Shown one piece after another: positions 21,136-31,647 of a DNA stretch of 64,000 nucleotides. The stretch covers positions 5,082-69,081 of the forward strand of contig VYFG01000048.1 of assembly GCA_009842505.1 (NCBI GenBank), written 5' to 3'. This DNA is from Gammaproteobacteria bacterium (lineage in GTDB: Bacteria; Pseudomonadota; Gammaproteobacteria; Arenicellales; Poriferihabitantaceae). A program made the translations under genes and the position numbers. Under the pieces are notes generated by a model. That model saw nothing but the letters and a program-made list of their open reading frames with translations. It was not told the origin of the DNA and made no database searches. The stretch's first letter is position 1. Each line of letters opens with the position of its first letter.

Positions 21136-22215
21136 TCAGTACTTGCGGGCGCCGGCCTCGGAGGCCACGCGCGGCACCAGTGCCTTGACCAGCCGGGTCA
21201 TCTCGAGGGTGCCGATCGGCGCGCGGTCGCGGATCACGATGTAGGAGTGGGACGTGTCGCCGCCGGATTGGGCAATCACACTTTCCAGCGTGTCGTTGTA
21301 GCCGACCTCCCCATGGGCCTCGGGCGGCACGCTCCCGCCCTCCAGCGGCGTCATGATCGATCGGACCCTGAGCACGCGGGCGCGGTTGATGTCGCTCACG
21401 AAGTCCTCGATGTAGGGATCGTTCGGATTCAGGAGGATGTGCTGCGGCTCCCCTTGCTGCACGATGAAGCCATCCTTGAGGATCACGAGGTGATCGGCGA
21501 TCTTGAGCGCCTCGTCAAGGTCGTGGGTGATGAAGACGATGGTCTTGTGAAGCTCGGTCTGCAGTTCCAGCAGCAGGTCCTGCATGTCGGTGCGGATCAG
21601 CGGGTCCAGGGCCGAGAACGCCTCGTCCATCAGCATGATGGGCGAGTTGGAGGTCAGTGCCCGGGCGATGCCGACCCGCTGCTGCATGCCGCCGGAGAGC
21701 TGGTGCGGATAGTGGTTGCCGAATCCCTTCAGGCCCACGCGGTCGAGCCACTTGTTCGCCTCGGCTAGGTACTCGTCCTTGTTCACGCCGCGCACCTTCA
21801 GCGAGGTGGCGGCGTTGTCGACGACGGTGCGGTGGGGCAGCAGTGCGAACCGCTGGAATACCATCGACATCACCGAACGCCGCAGATTGCGCAGTTCCTC
21901 CTCGCCATAGGCCAGCACATCCGCCCCGTCGACCACGATCTGTCCGTCCGTGGGTTCGATCAGGCGGTTGAGATGGCGGATGAGGGTTGACTTGCCCGAG
22001 CCCGAAAGCCCCATGATGACGGTCACCTTGCCGTCGAGCATGTCGACATTGATTTCCCTGAGGCCCAGCACGTGCTGGTGCTTTTCCAGCAACTCCGTCT
22101 TGCTGATCCCCGCCAGGACGTGCTCGAGCACCGCCTGGGGCTGTTCTCCGAAGACCTTGTACAGGTTGCGGACCGATATTTTGACGGCGTCGGTCAAGGA
22201 ACCCCTTTCGCTCAA
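21136..22215 (-). CDS. Quaternary-amine ABC transporter ATPase (ProV/TmoV-like)
   Basis: GLSGSGKS, LSGGMQQRVG, MDEAFSALDPLIR. Confidence 0.9.
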   Translation of the reverse strand: MSERGSLTDAVKISVRNLYKVFGEQPQAVLEHVLAGISKTELLEKHQHVLGLREINVDMLDGKVTVIMGLSGSGKSTLIRHLNRLIEPTDGQIVVDGADVLAYGEEELRNLRRSVMSMVFQRFALLPHRTVVDNAATSLKVRGVNKDEYLAEANKWLDRVGLKGFGNHYPHQLSGGMQQRVGIARALTSNSPIMLMDEAFSALDPLIRTDMQDLLLELQTELHKTIVFITHDLDEALKIADHLVILKDGFIVQQGEPQHILLNPNDPYIEDFVSDINRARVLRVRSIMTPLEGGSVPPEAHGEVGYNDTLESVIAQSGGDTSHSYIVIRDRAPIGTLEMTRLVKALVPRVASEAGARKY

Positions 22216-23249
22216 TGCTTTTGCGCCGCGTTGACGCGGTCCAGGGCCGCCTTCGTCACGCGGTCGAGGATGATGGCGAGAAGAACGATCCCGAGGCCCG
22301 AGACCAGGCCGACGCCCAGCTCAAGATTGCGGATGCCGCGAAGAACCAGGACGCCCAGTCCAGGCGCCGAGACCAGGGAGGCGATGACCACCATGGCGAG
22401 GCTCATCATGATGGTCTGGTTGACGCCCGCCATGATGTTGGGAAGCGCCAGGGGAATCTGCACGCCGTAGAGTTTCTGGCGCTTGGTCATGCCGAAGGAA
22501 TTCGCGGCCTCGATCACGTCCTCGTCCACCAGCCGGATGCCGAGATCGGTCAGGCGGATCACCGGCACGATCGCGTACAGGATGATGGCGATCCCGTAGA
22601 GCTTCGGCTCGGTCACCGAAAACAGGAAGATGAGCGGGATGAGGTAGACGAACGGCGGCAGGGTCTGCAGCATGTCCAGTATGGGAATGATCATGCGCTG
22701 CAGGGTGTTGCTCCGGGACATCGCGATGCCGATCGGCACGCCGAACAGGACGCACAGGAACGCGCAGACGAAAATGATCGCCAGCGTCTGCATCGCAAAC
22801 TCGTAGTGGTCGATCACGGCCAGGAAGGCCATGCAGCCGGCCACGAAGAAGACAAGCCGCATGGACTTCGACGCCAGGTAGACGATGGCCATGAGGATCG
22901 GAAACATGATCCACCAGGGTGCCGTCTCGAAGACGGCCAGCGCGATCTCGAGCAGCCAGCTCAGGGGCTGGGTCATCGGATCCAGCACGAAGCGCAGGGC
23001 GTCCTTGATCGCCAGGAACCCTTCCTCGAGACCTTTCGTCAGGGCCCTCGACTGGATGATTCTCCCGCAGGCGTCGTTGAGGGCGTCCAGCGAGGGGAAA
23101 GGGAGTTCCCACAGCGTGGTTTCCTTGGCTCCCCCCCCGCTGCTTTGGGCGAGCAGGTCGGCCATCGACATCGGCGCATCGCCGGCACCGCCGGAATCGC
23201 ACCAGTCTCTCAGGCCGAGACCGTCGAAAACGAAGTCGTATGTCGCCAA
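22212..23249 (-). CDS. Quaternary-amine ABC transporter permease (ProW/TmoW-like)
   Basis: LDMLQTLPPFVYLIP, EAANSFG EAA loop, IMAGVNQTIMM. Confidence 0.9.
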   Translation of the reverse strand: MATYDFVFDGLGLRDWCDSGGAGDAPMSMADLLAQSSGGGAKETTLWELPFPSLDALNDACGRIIQSRALTKGLEEGFLAIKDALRFVLDPMTQPLSWLLEIALAVFETAPWWIMFPILMAIVYLASKSMRLVFFVAGCMAFLAVIDHYEFAMQTLAIIFVCAFLCVLFGVPIGIAMSRSNTLQRMIIPILDMLQTLPPFVYLIPLIFLFSVTEPKLYGIAIILYAIVPVIRLTDLGIRLVDEDVIEAANSFGMTKRQKLYGVQIPLALPNIMAGVNQTIMMSLAMVVIASLVSAPGLGVLVLRGIRNLELGVGLVSGLGIVLLAIILDRVTKAALDRVNAAQKH

Positions 23250-23363
23250 TTTACTTGCCAGACGCAGTGCCCGGGCCGGTCAGAACCCGCCCGGGCACTG
23301 GAACCGCATGGTTCGTGATGGTGAAGTTGCACGGCCACCTGCGGCGTCCGTGCAACCACCCGC

Positions 23364-24356
23364 CTACTTGATCAGGCTAGCCAGCTTCTCACGGGCCGCG
23401 TCATTCACCCACTGCGACCAGGTGTCGGACTGCGTGGTGAGGAAATAGACCGCAGCCTCTTCGGCAGATGCCTTGTTGTCCTCCTGCCAGGCAAGCAGGG
23501 CGCTCATCAGGTCGACGTCGAAACTGATCTTGCTCATGAGTTCGGCAATGTCCGGCTTCTGCGCGGCCAGTTCCGCCGTGGAAACGGTCAGCACGGGCGC
23601 GGGCGGGAAGTCGGAGACGCCGGGGGACGGGTTGTCCTTGTTCTGGTTGGCCGAGTGGACCATGGTGTCGATGTCGCCGATGGCCACCTTGGTCATGTTG
23701 TATTTGCCAAGCACGGAGGTCGGTCCCCAGTAGTAGCCGAACCACGGCTCCTGGTTCTCATAGGCGGCGGCGATCGAAGTCTGGAGTGTCTCGCCGGAAC
23801 CATGGTTGAATACCTCGAAGCCGGCACCCTCGAGCCCGAGGGCCTTGACCAGGTTATCGTTGACGATGCGGCAGCCCCAGCCGTCCGGGCAATTGTTGAA
23901 ACGCCCGCCGACCAGGTCGGGATTCGCCATGACGCCCTCGATCGTGGCCAGTTCCGGGTGGGCATCAGAGAGGTATTGGGGCACCCACCAGCCTTCCACG
24001 CCACCCGGCGCGATCACTTCCGCAAGGCGCGATACCTTGCCGTCGGCCTCCAGCTTTGCATAGACGTCACCGGTCGAGTTCAGCCACAGCTCGGTCACGA
24101 TATCCGGCTCGTTGTTCTCCGCCAGGGACGCCACCGACGTGGTGGTTGCGGACGGCACCTTTTCAATCGCACAACCATAACCCTGTTCCATCAGGAACTT
24201 GGCAACCTCGGTGATGATCTGGGAGGAGGCCCAGTTCATCTCGGTGATGGACACTTCACCGCAATCGGCATGCGTGGGGCCAGATGCGGTCAGCATCAGG
24301 CCGGCAACGGCGCCGGCGAATCCCCGAACAATCCTGCGTGAATACATTGAATACAT
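23364..24356 (-). CDS. Quaternary-amine ABC substrate-binding protein (TmoX/ProX-like)
   Basis: Signal peptide; CGEVSITEMNWAS, CPDGWGC, GYYWGP; RBS AGGAGG before ATG 24356. Confidence 0.85.
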   Translation of the reverse strand: MYSMYSRRIVRGFAGAVAGLMLTASGPTHADCGEVSITEMNWASSQIITEVAKFLMEQGYGCAIEKVPSATTTSVASLAENNEPDIVTELWLNSTGDVYAKLEADGKVSRLAEVIAPGGVEGWWVPQYLSDAHPELATIEGVMANPDLVGGRFNNCPDGWGCRIVNDNLVKALGLEGAGFEVFNHGSGETLQTSIAAAYENQEPWFGYYWGPTSVLGKYNMTKVAIGDIDTMVHSANQNKDNPSPGVSDFPPAPVLTVSTAELAAQKPDIAELMSKISFDVDLMSALLAWQEDNKASAEEAAVYFLTTQSDTWSQWVNDAAREKLASLIK

Positions 24357-24578
24357 TGACAGTTTCCTCCTAGTGGTAATTAATGGTCGCTCATAGATAA
24401 TATCCAGTCGCTCGCATATTGTCCGATATTTCACATTGATGCAAGAAGATGTTGTACCGGTCGGGATAAATACTGGTCGGAATTGAAACATAGGCACAGG
24501 GGAGACCGGCCGCAGGCGGTCCGTTGCCCTGTCGCCTGGCGGTACAATCCAGAACTCTTTCCGGGTGAGGAAATCCAC

Positions 24579-25352
24579 ATGAGCTGGTGGGGCAAACTGA
24601 TCGGCGGCACCCTTGGCTTCCTGGTGGGCGGACCGCTGGGCGCGATGCTCGGCGCCTATTTCGGCCATGGTTTCGACAACCGGGCCGGTGGTTCGTCACG
24701 CGCCCTTCCGGGCGACCAGGAAAGGGTGCAGACGATCTTCTTCGCCGCCACTTTCTCGGTCATGGGCCACCTCGCCAAGTCCGACGGCAAGGTCACCCGG
24801 GACGAAATCGAACTTGCCAATGCGCTCATGAGCGAAATGCGGCTCGGGGCGGACCAGCGGCAGCTGGCAAGAACCCTCTTCAACCAGGGGAAGGAGCCGG
24901 GATTCGACTTCGATGGCGTGATCGAGCAGTTTCTCCAGGAATGCCACCGCCGCACGACACTGATCCGGATGTTTCTGGAGATCCAGGTGCAGGCCGCGTT
25001 CGCGGACGGGCGGCTGGACCCGGCGGAAAACCGTCTCCTGTCCAGGCTGGCGGAGATGCTGGGCTTCGATCAGCGGACCCTCGAGCAGATCATCAACCTG
25101 GTCCGCGGCGCCGCCCACGCCCATGAGCAGCCGGGCAGGATCAGCCTGGCGGATGCCTACGAGATCCTCGGTGTCCGCCCCGAGACCCCGACCGCGGATA
25201 TCCGCAAGGCCTACCGGCGCCTCCTCAGCCAGCATCATCCGGACAAGCTCGTATCCCGGGGGCTACCGGAGGAAATGGTCCGGCTGGCGAACGAGAAGAC
25301 CGGCGAGATCCGCAGGGCCTGGGAAACGGTCCGGGAAGCGCGGGCGCAGTAG
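24579..25352 (+). CDS. djlA: Co-chaperone DjlA
   Basis: MSWWGKLIGG, TerB-like domain, J-domain QHHPDKL. Confidence 0.95.
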   Translation: MSWWGKLIGGTLGFLVGGPLGAMLGAYFGHGFDNRAGGSSRALPGDQERVQTIFFAATFSVMGHLAKSDGKVTRDEIELANALMSEMRLGADQRQLARTLFNQGKEPGFDFDGVIEQFLQECHRRTTLIRMFLEIQVQAAFADGRLDPAENRLLSRLAEMLGFDQRTLEQIINLVRGAAHAHEQPGRISLADAYEILGVRPETPTADIRKAYRRLLSQHHPDKLVSRGLPEEMVRLANEKTGEIRRAWETVREARAQ

Positions 25353-25366
25353 TCTGCGAAAGGGCC

Positions 25367-26083
25367 ATGGGGAAGGAAAACGGAAAACCCGTCATCGTCT
25401 TCGTCGACCACCATGAAAACGCCATGGACGACCGGGCGTGGACCTGCATTGGCGACATGGGACTGGGCCGCCGGCTGGTGTGTCCGTTTCGCGGGGAGGA
25501 ACTCGGCGACCCGGGTCCGGAGGTCGCGGGAACGGTGATCTACGGCGGCGCCCAGAACGTGAACGAACAGGACCGCTTCCCCTTTCTCAGGGGAGAGATC
25601 CGGTGGATCGAACGGTGCCTGGAAAAGGGCCTGCCGGTGCTCGGTCTTTGCCTTGGCGGACAGCTCCTGGCCCATGTCCTCGGCGCACGGGTGGGTGCAC
25701 GGGTGCCCCGGGAATGCGAATTCGGGTACTACCCCCTGATGCCCACCGCCGCAGGGCTTGGCTGGCTGCCGGACGGCATGCACGTCACCCAGGCCCATTA
25801 CGAGGAGTTCGACATCCCGGCGGGAGCGGTTCACCTGGCCTCCAGCGAACGCTTTGCCCACCAGGCTTTCCGCTACGGCGAAAACGCCTTTGGTCTCCAG
25901 TTCCATCCGGAGATCAGCAAGCATGTATTCCGCCGCTGGCAGGCGTCCGACTGGGCGATGTTCGGCGTGCCGGGTGCCCAGGAAAAACACGAGCAGGACT
26001 ACCTCATGGATAAACATGACGATGTCCAGGGCCGCTGGTTTCGCGGACTCCTGGAAAGCCTGTTCCATACAACCGCCGCCTGA
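25367..26083 (+). CDS. Class I glutamine amidotransferase-like protein
   Basis: LGLCLGGQL and LQFHPE catalytic triad motifs. Confidence 0.85.
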   Translation: MGKENGKPVIVFVDHHENAMDDRAWTCIGDMGLGRRLVCPFRGEELGDPGPEVAGTVIYGGAQNVNEQDRFPFLRGEIRWIERCLEKGLPVLGLCLGGQLLAHVLGARVGARVPRECEFGYYPLMPTAAGLGWLPDGMHVTQAHYEEFDIPAGAVHLASSERFAHQAFRYGENAFGLQFHPEISKHVFRRWQASDWAMFGVPGAQEKHEQDYLMDKHDDVQGRWFRGLLESLFHTTAA

Positions 26084-26425
26084 ATCCTTGCACCCGGTTC
26101 CGGCCGATGCCGCCCGACATGCACCCCTCCGGGCCCTGACCGGTATAATCGGCATGAAGACAGTCGTCCCGGTATTCGTCCAACCGCTCCGGCCTGATCG
26201 ATACATGATGTCCGACGAACCGACACCCGCCACCCTGTGCGCCCAGCCGGCGGAAGGCCCGTATACGGCCGGCCATCGGCCGGACCGGGGCCGCTTATCC
26301 GGGACGGCCTTCCCCACCGGAGGCGGCGGCACGGCCGCCGAAGGCCGATGACGAGGAGGCACGCCCGGCGCCGATCCGGTTCTTCCGCCGGGAGACGCGG
26401 GAGGCGGCGTTCAGGGCGGCGGACG

Positions 26426-26605
26426 ATGGTCGACAACACCGTGCCTTCACCCTGCAAGTCCATCTGTCGTTTCGACGGCGAGCCCTTCTGTATCGGCTGC
26501 TATCGCGATGCCGACGAGATCCGGGAATGGATGATCATGACCCGCAAGCAGAAACTGGCCGTGCTGGAACAGCTGCCGGCCAGGCGCCGCGCCGCCGAAA
26601 TATAG
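26426..26605 (+). CDS. Small Cys-rich protein (DUF1289-like)
   Basis: VPSPCKSIC...CIGCYRDADEIREW. Confidence 0.8.
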   Translation: MVDNTVPSPCKSICRFDGEPFCIGCYRDADEIREWMIMTRKQKLAVLEQLPARRRAAEI

Positions 26606-26684
26606 CCGGCGGATACCGGGACAGCCGATAGGGTCCGGACGGATCGGCAGCGAGGACGCCGCAGCCGGACGCCCCCCGGGAAAC

Positions 26685-28229
26685 CTACCGGGACAGCCGC
26701 GGCAGCTCGGAGAGGTCCCGGGCCACCAGGCCGTCGGCGACGAGGTCCCGGGCGACACTGAGTTCATCCGCCAGGTAGCGGTCCCCGGCCAGTGCCGGGA
26801 CGCGCTCGCGCAGCATGGCGATGACCCGCCGGAGCGGCGCGCTGGTCTCAAGGGGCGCGCGGAACCCGATCCCCTGGGCGCTGACCAGCAGTTCGATGCC
26901 CACGATCTGGGCGAGGTTACGGTTCATGTCCAGCAGCCGCCTTGCGCCGTGGCATGCCATGGAGACGTGGTCCTCCTGGTTGGCGCTGGTGGGTGTGGAA
27001 TCCACGGAACAGGGCGCGGCCTTCTGCCTGTTTTCCGCCATCAGCGCGGCAGCGGTGACCTCCGCCACCATGAATCCCGAATTGAGGCCCGGTTCCGGCG
27101 ACAGGAAAGCCGGCAGCCCGTAGTTCAGGGCCGGATCCACCATGGTGGCGATACGGCGCTCGGTGATGGCGCCGATTTCCGAGACGGCAAGCGCGATCTG
27201 GTCGGCGGCGAACGCCACCGGCTCGGCATGGAAGTTCCCGCCGGACACGATCCGTCCACCCTCAAGGATCACCAGCGGATTGTCCGTCACCGCATTGGCC
27301 TCGATTTCCAAGGTAGCGGCCGCATGGCGCAACTGGTCGATGCAGGCGCCCATGACCTGGGGCTGGCAGCGCAGGCAGTAGGGGTCCTGAACCCGGTGAT
27401 CGTTTTCCCTGTGGGACTCGCGGATTTCGGAATCCCTGAGCAACAAGCGCAGGACGTCCGCCGCGTCGGCTTGGCCCCGGTGTCCCCGCAGGGCGTGGAT
27501 TTCGGGACTGAACGGCTCCGTGGACGCCATCATCGCGTCGCTGGCCATGGCGCCTGTCACCAGTGAGCTGCACGCCGCCCGCCAGGCGTCCAGGACGCCT
27601 GCAAGGGCCAGTGCCGCGGAGACCTGGGTGCCGTTGATGAGTCCCAGTCCCTCCTTGGGTCCGAGGACCACGGGCGCGAGGCCGGCCCGCTCTAGGGCGC
27701 GGCCGGCCGGCATTTCCTGCCCCCCCAGCCTGATCCGGCCCTCGCCCAACATGGCGGCGGTCAGGTGCGCCAGGGGTGCGAGATCGCCGGACGCTCCCAC
27801 AGAACCCTGGGCGGGAATGACGGGCAGTATCCCCGCATTCAGCATGTCCAGGAGCTGCCGGACAATGGTCCAGCGCACCCCGGAAGCGCCGCGGGCAAGG
27901 GAATTGATCTTGAGCAGCATCACCAGCCGCACAACCTCGTCGGGAAGCGCCTCGCCCACCCCGCAGCAGTGGGACATGATCAGGTTCCGCTGCAGGGTCT
28001 CGGTTTCCCCGGCGTCGATCAGGGTGGTGGCCAGTTTGCCGAAGCCGGTGTTCACGCCGTACACCGCGGCTTCGCCGGCGGCGGCCCGCTCGACGATTCG
28101 CGCCGCCCGGTCCACGTCCTTGCGGGCCCCGTCGTCCAGGGCAACCGTGCCTTGGCTCCGGTAGTGCGATTCCAGGTCCGCGAGCGTCAGTGTGCCCGGG
28201 ACCAACTTGAGTGGGTCGGAGGAAGTCAT
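26685..28229 (-). CDS. hutH: Histidine ammonia-lyase
   Basis: [20 protein letters not shown] (MIO-forming ASG), [17 protein letters not shown]. Confidence 0.96.
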   Translation of the reverse strand: MTSSDPLKLVPGTLTLADLESHYRSQGTVALDDGARKDVDRAARIVERAAAGEAAVYGVNTGFGKLATTLIDAGETETLQRNLIMSHCCGVGEALPDEVVRLVMLLKINSLARGASGVRWTIVRQLLDMLNAGILPVIPAQGSVGASGDLAPLAHLTAAMLGEGRIRLGGQEMPAGRALERAGLAPVVLGPKEGLGLINGTQVSAALALAGVLDAWRAACSSLVTGAMASDAMMASTEPFSPEIHALRGHRGQADAADVLRLLLRDSEIRESHRENDHRVQDPYCLRCQPQVMGACIDQLRHAAATLEIEANAVTDNPLVILEGGRIVSGGNFHAEPVAFAADQIALAVSEIGAITERRIATMVDPALNYGLPAFLSPEPGLNSGFMVAEVTAAALMAENRQKAAPCSVDSTPTSANQEDHVSMACHGARRLLDMNRNLAQIVGIELLVSAQGIGFRAPLETSAPLRRVIAMLRERVPALAGDRYLADELSVARDLVADGLVARDLSELPRLSR

Positions 28230-29611
28230 TGCGCCAGTTGGTTGATAGTCTGCCGAAACCGTTGAAGAACGTCGAGCCGCCCGGGATGACGGCCGTCCCG
28301 GACCACCGGCTTGCCAGCCACATAGACATCGGTCAGCGGGTTTTCATTGCCCGAAAAGACCCAGCTGTCCACCAGTGCGCCCCTTTGCCGCCCCAGGGTG
28401 CGCGGCTGGTCGGGATCAAGGACGATGAAGTCGGCCCGGGCACCCGGGCGGATGGCGCCGCCATCGATACCGCAAGCCCGGGCGCCGCCGAGCGCGCTTT
28501 TGGCCAGCAGGTTCTCGCCGGTGTGCGGACTGCCGCATCCCGCGTCGGCCAGCAGGTTGCGCCCCCGGTGCTGCAACCTTTGTCCGTATTCCAGCCAGCG
28601 CAGCTCCTCCACCGGGCTGACGGAGATGTGGCTGTCCGAGCCGATCCCGAAACAGCCGCCTTCGCGAAGGAAAGCCGGCGCCGGGAAGATCCCGTCACCC
28701 AGATTGGCCTCGGTGGTGGGACACAGCCCCGCCACCGCGCCGGATGCCGCCATCCGGCCGGTTTCCCCGTCGGTGATGTGGGTGGCGTGGACCAGGCACC
28801 AGTCCGGGCCGGGGGAGAATTGATCGTACAGCCACTCCACCGGACGCCTGCCGCTGAACGACAGGCATTCGTCCACTTCCCGCACCTGTTCCGCGACATG
28901 GATATGGACGGGCCGCCCAGGCGGGGTTCCGTCCAGGACCTCGCGCAGCAGGTCCTCGTCCACTGCCCTCAGTGAATGGGGGGCGATGCCGAGTTGCTGA
29001 CCGGGCTCCAGCCCGCCCTCGAGCCCGGCGACGATCTCGAGGAAGCCGTCCGCGTCGTTGATGAACCGCTTCTGTTCTTCGCCCGGCGGCAGGGAGCCGA
29101 ACCCGCCGAACCGGTAGAGCACCGGCAGCGCGGTGAAGCCGATTCCGGTGTCCCATGCGGCCCGGGCGCACTGGCGGGTCATTTCCGCCCTGTCGTCATA
29201 TGGCCGGCCGGCAGGATCGTGGTGCAGGTACTGGAACTCGGCGACATGGGTATACCCCGCCTCCAGCATCTCCAGGTAGAGCATCCTGGCGATATGGTAA
29301 ATCTGGTCGGGCGTAATCCGTGCCAGCATCCCGTACATGGCCTTGCGCCAAGTCCAGAAGGAGTCGTCGGCGTCGCCGGCAAGCTCCCCCAGTCCGGCCA
29401 TGGCCCGCTGGTGGGCATGGGAATGGAGATTGGGAATACCGGGCAGCATGACCCCGTCCAGCCGTACCGTGTCCGGGTCCGCATCCTTCAGCCGGATTCC
29501 GCTTCGCACCGTATCGAAGACGCCGCTCCCGTTCACCCGGCAATGCACGTCTTCCGCCCAGCCGTCGGCCAGCAAAACCGATGAACACCAATAGTTTCCT
29601 GGCCGGGCCAT
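28226..29611 (-). CDS. hutF: Formimidoylglutamate deiminase
   Basis: [47 protein letters not shown]. Confidence 0.95.
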   Translation of the reverse strand: MARPGNYWCSSVLLADGWAEDVHCRVNGSGVFDTVRSGIRLKDADPDTVRLDGVMLPGIPNLHSHAHQRAMAGLGELAGDADDSFWTWRKAMYGMLARITPDQIYHIARMLYLEMLEAGYTHVAEFQYLHHDPAGRPYDDRAEMTRQCARAAWDTGIGFTALPVLYRFGGFGSLPPGEEQKRFINDADGFLEIVAGLEGGLEPGQQLGIAPHSLRAVDEDLLREVLDGTPPGRPVHIHVAEQVREVDECLSFSGRRPVEWLYDQFSPGPDWCLVHATHITDGETGRMAASGAVAGLCPTTEANLGDGIFPAPAFLREGGCFGIGSDSHISVSPVEELRWLEYGQRLQHRGRNLLADAGCGSPHTGENLLAKSALGGARACGIDGGAIRPGARADFIVLDPDQPRTLGRQRGALVDSWVFSGNENPLTDVYVAGKPVVRDGRHPGRLDVLQRFRQTINQLAQ

Positions 29612-29619
29612 TGTGCGAC

Positions 29620-29668
29620 TTGCTTTAGCGGGAACGGCAGTATAGCATACCAAGTACATGTATATACA
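29620..29668 (+). promoter_or_regulatory. hutI promoter and HutC operator
   Basis: TTGCTT-N17-TAGCAT (29620-29648); palindrome TGTATATACA (29659-68) fits the HutC site TGTA-N2-TACA. Confidence 0.75.
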
Positions 29669-30884
29669 ACTGCTCCAGAACGCCCTGCTGACCCGGCTGG
29701 TTGACGGGAACGACTACCACCTGTTGCCGGATGCAACCGTGGTGATCGGGGACGATCGCATTGCCTGGGTCGGCCCGGACGCCGATCTTCCCGACCGCTA
29801 CCGCGGAGCGGACCGTCTCGACTGCGGCGGACGGCTGCTGACACCCGGACTGATCGACTGCCACACCCACCTGGTCTACGGCGGCAACCGCGCCGGGGAG
29901 TTCGAGCGTCGCCTCCAGGGCGAGGACTACGGGGAAATCGCCCGCCAGGGAGGCGGCATCATGGCCACCGTCCGTGCGACCCGCTCCGCCACCACCGAAG
30001 ACCTGGTGATGCAGTCCCGCCCGCGTCTCGGGGCGCTGGTCTCGGAAGGTGTCACCACCGTGGAAATCAAGTCCGGCTACGGGCTTGAACGGGATACGGA
30101 AATCCGCATGCTCGAAGCCGCGGGGCGCCTTTGCCGGGAAGCGGGCGTTCGCTGCCAGCGGACCTTCCTGGGCGCCCACGCCCTCCCCCCCGAGTTCTTC
30201 GGGCGCGCCGACGACTACATTGCCCTCGTGTGCGATGACATGCTGCCGGCAGCGGCGGCAGCGGGCGTGGTGGACGCCGTGGACGCCTTCTGCGAGCACA
30301 TCGCCTTCAGTGTCGCGCAGACCGAGAGGGTCTTCGACCGGGCGCAGGGCCTGGGCCTGCCGGTGAAATGCCACGCCGAACAGCTCTCGCACATGGGCGG
30401 CGCGGTGATGAGCGCATCCCGGGGGGCACTGTCCGTCGACCACATCGAATACCTGCCGGCCGAAAGCGTCGGCAGCCTGGCCGAAGCGAATACCGTGGCC
30501 GTGCTGCTGCCCGGCGCATTCTATATCCTGAAGGAGCGGCAGCTCCCGCCCGTGGCGGCACTGCGGGAACACGGCGTTCCGATCGCGCTCGCCACCGATG
30601 CGAACCCGGGCTCCTCCCCCGTGTTCTCGCCGCTGCTCATCATGAACATGGGCTGCACCCTTTTCGGCCTCACCCCCCTTGAGGCCCTGGCGGGCTTCAC
30701 CATCAACGCGGCCAGGGCCCTCGGCCTTGCGGACCGCATCGGCTCTATCGAGCCCGGCAAGGCGGCGGACCTGGCCCTGTGGAACTGCGGCCACCCGGCG
30801 GAACTCAGTTACCACGTCGGCCTCAACTCCTGTGCGGGAGTGGTCCAGGGCGGCCAGTGGCGGGGCGGGGGGCCGCCGGCATGA
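29658..30884 (+). CDS. hutI: Imidazolonepropionase
   Basis: PGLIDCHTHLVYGGNR, EIKSGYGL, HAEQLS, ATDANPGSSP. Confidence 0.96.
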   Translation: MYIQLLQNALLTRLVDGNDYHLLPDATVVIGDDRIAWVGPDADLPDRYRGADRLDCGGRLLTPGLIDCHTHLVYGGNRAGEFERRLQGEDYGEIARQGGGIMATVRATRSATTEDLVMQSRPRLGALVSEGVTTVEIKSGYGLERDTEIRMLEAAGRLCREAGVRCQRTFLGAHALPPEFFGRADDYIALVCDDMLPAAAAAGVVDAVDAFCEHIAFSVAQTERVFDRAQGLGLPVKCHAEQLSHMGGAVMSASRGALSVDHIEYLPAESVGSLAEANTVAVLLPGAFYILKERQLPPVAALREHGVPIALATDANPGSSPVFSPLLIMNMGCTLFGLTPLEALAGFTINAARALGLADRIGSIEPGKAADLALWNCGHPAELSYHVGLNSCAGVVQGGQWRGGGPPA

Positions 30885-31636
30885 ACCTCGCCGAACTGCA
30901 GCACCTGGACAGGAACATCGCGTTGCCGCTGTACCAGCAGATCAAGCGCAACATCCGCACCAGCATCCGCACAAGGCAGTGGCAGCCGGGCACCCGGCTG
31001 CCGTCGGAAAACGCGCTGGTGAACGGTCTTGGCGTCAGCCGCATGACCGTACACCGGGCACTGCGTGAACTGACCCAGGAAGGCCTGCTCGAGAGAGTGC
31101 ACGGCCTCGGCACGTTCGTCGCCAAGCCGCCGCGCCACGCCAGCCTGATCACCCTGCAGGACATCGCCGACGAGATCCGCGAGGCGGGATTCACCCACAA
31201 CTGTGAAGTGCTCGAACTCGGGATCGTGAAGGCCGACGCCGCCCGGGCCGGGCTGATGGAGGTGGCCCAGGGCGACAGGCTGTACCACCTCCTTGCGGTC
31301 CACTACCAGGACCGGGAACCCATCCAGGTCGAGGACCGCCTGGTGAGCCCTTCCCTGGTGCCGGAATTCATCGATCAGGATTTCACCCGGTATACCGCCA
31401 CGCAATACCTCGTCGGCCTGATAAAACCGGACGAGATGGAACACATTGTCCAGGCGGTGCTGCCGGACCGCCGGACCGCGGGGGCCCTGAACATGGACCC
31501 CGCCGAGCCCTGCCTGCAGCTCAACCGCCGGACCTGGAAGGACGGCCGGGTCGTCACCGGTGTCCGCCTGACCTACCCCGGGTACCGCTACGCCCTGGCG
31601 GCCCGTTACCAGACCGACCAGTTCACCATCCGCTGA
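30881..31636 (+). CDS. hutC: Histidine utilization repressor
   Basis: GntR HTH (LPSENAL...[13 protein letters not shown]...GLGTFV) plus UTRA domain; within the hut cluster. Confidence 0.94.
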   Translation: MNLAELQHLDRNIALPLYQQIKRNIRTSIRTRQWQPGTRLPSENALVNGLGVSRMTVHRALRELTQEGLLERVHGLGTFVAKPPRHASLITLQDIADEIREAGFTHNCEVLELGIVKADAARAGLMEVAQGDRLYHLLAVHYQDREPIQVEDRLVSPSLVPEFIDQDFTRYTATQYLVGLIKPDEMEHIVQAVLPDRRTAGALNMDPAEPCLQLNRRTWKDGRVVTGVRLTYPGYRYALAARYQTDQFTIR

Positions 31637-31647
31637 TCCGCCGAACC

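Noticed and set aside
26154-26351. Small ORF MKTVVPVFVQPLR... after a TATAAT hexamer
   Set aside because: No RBS or recognisable motif and a low-complexity tail. Cannot be supported.
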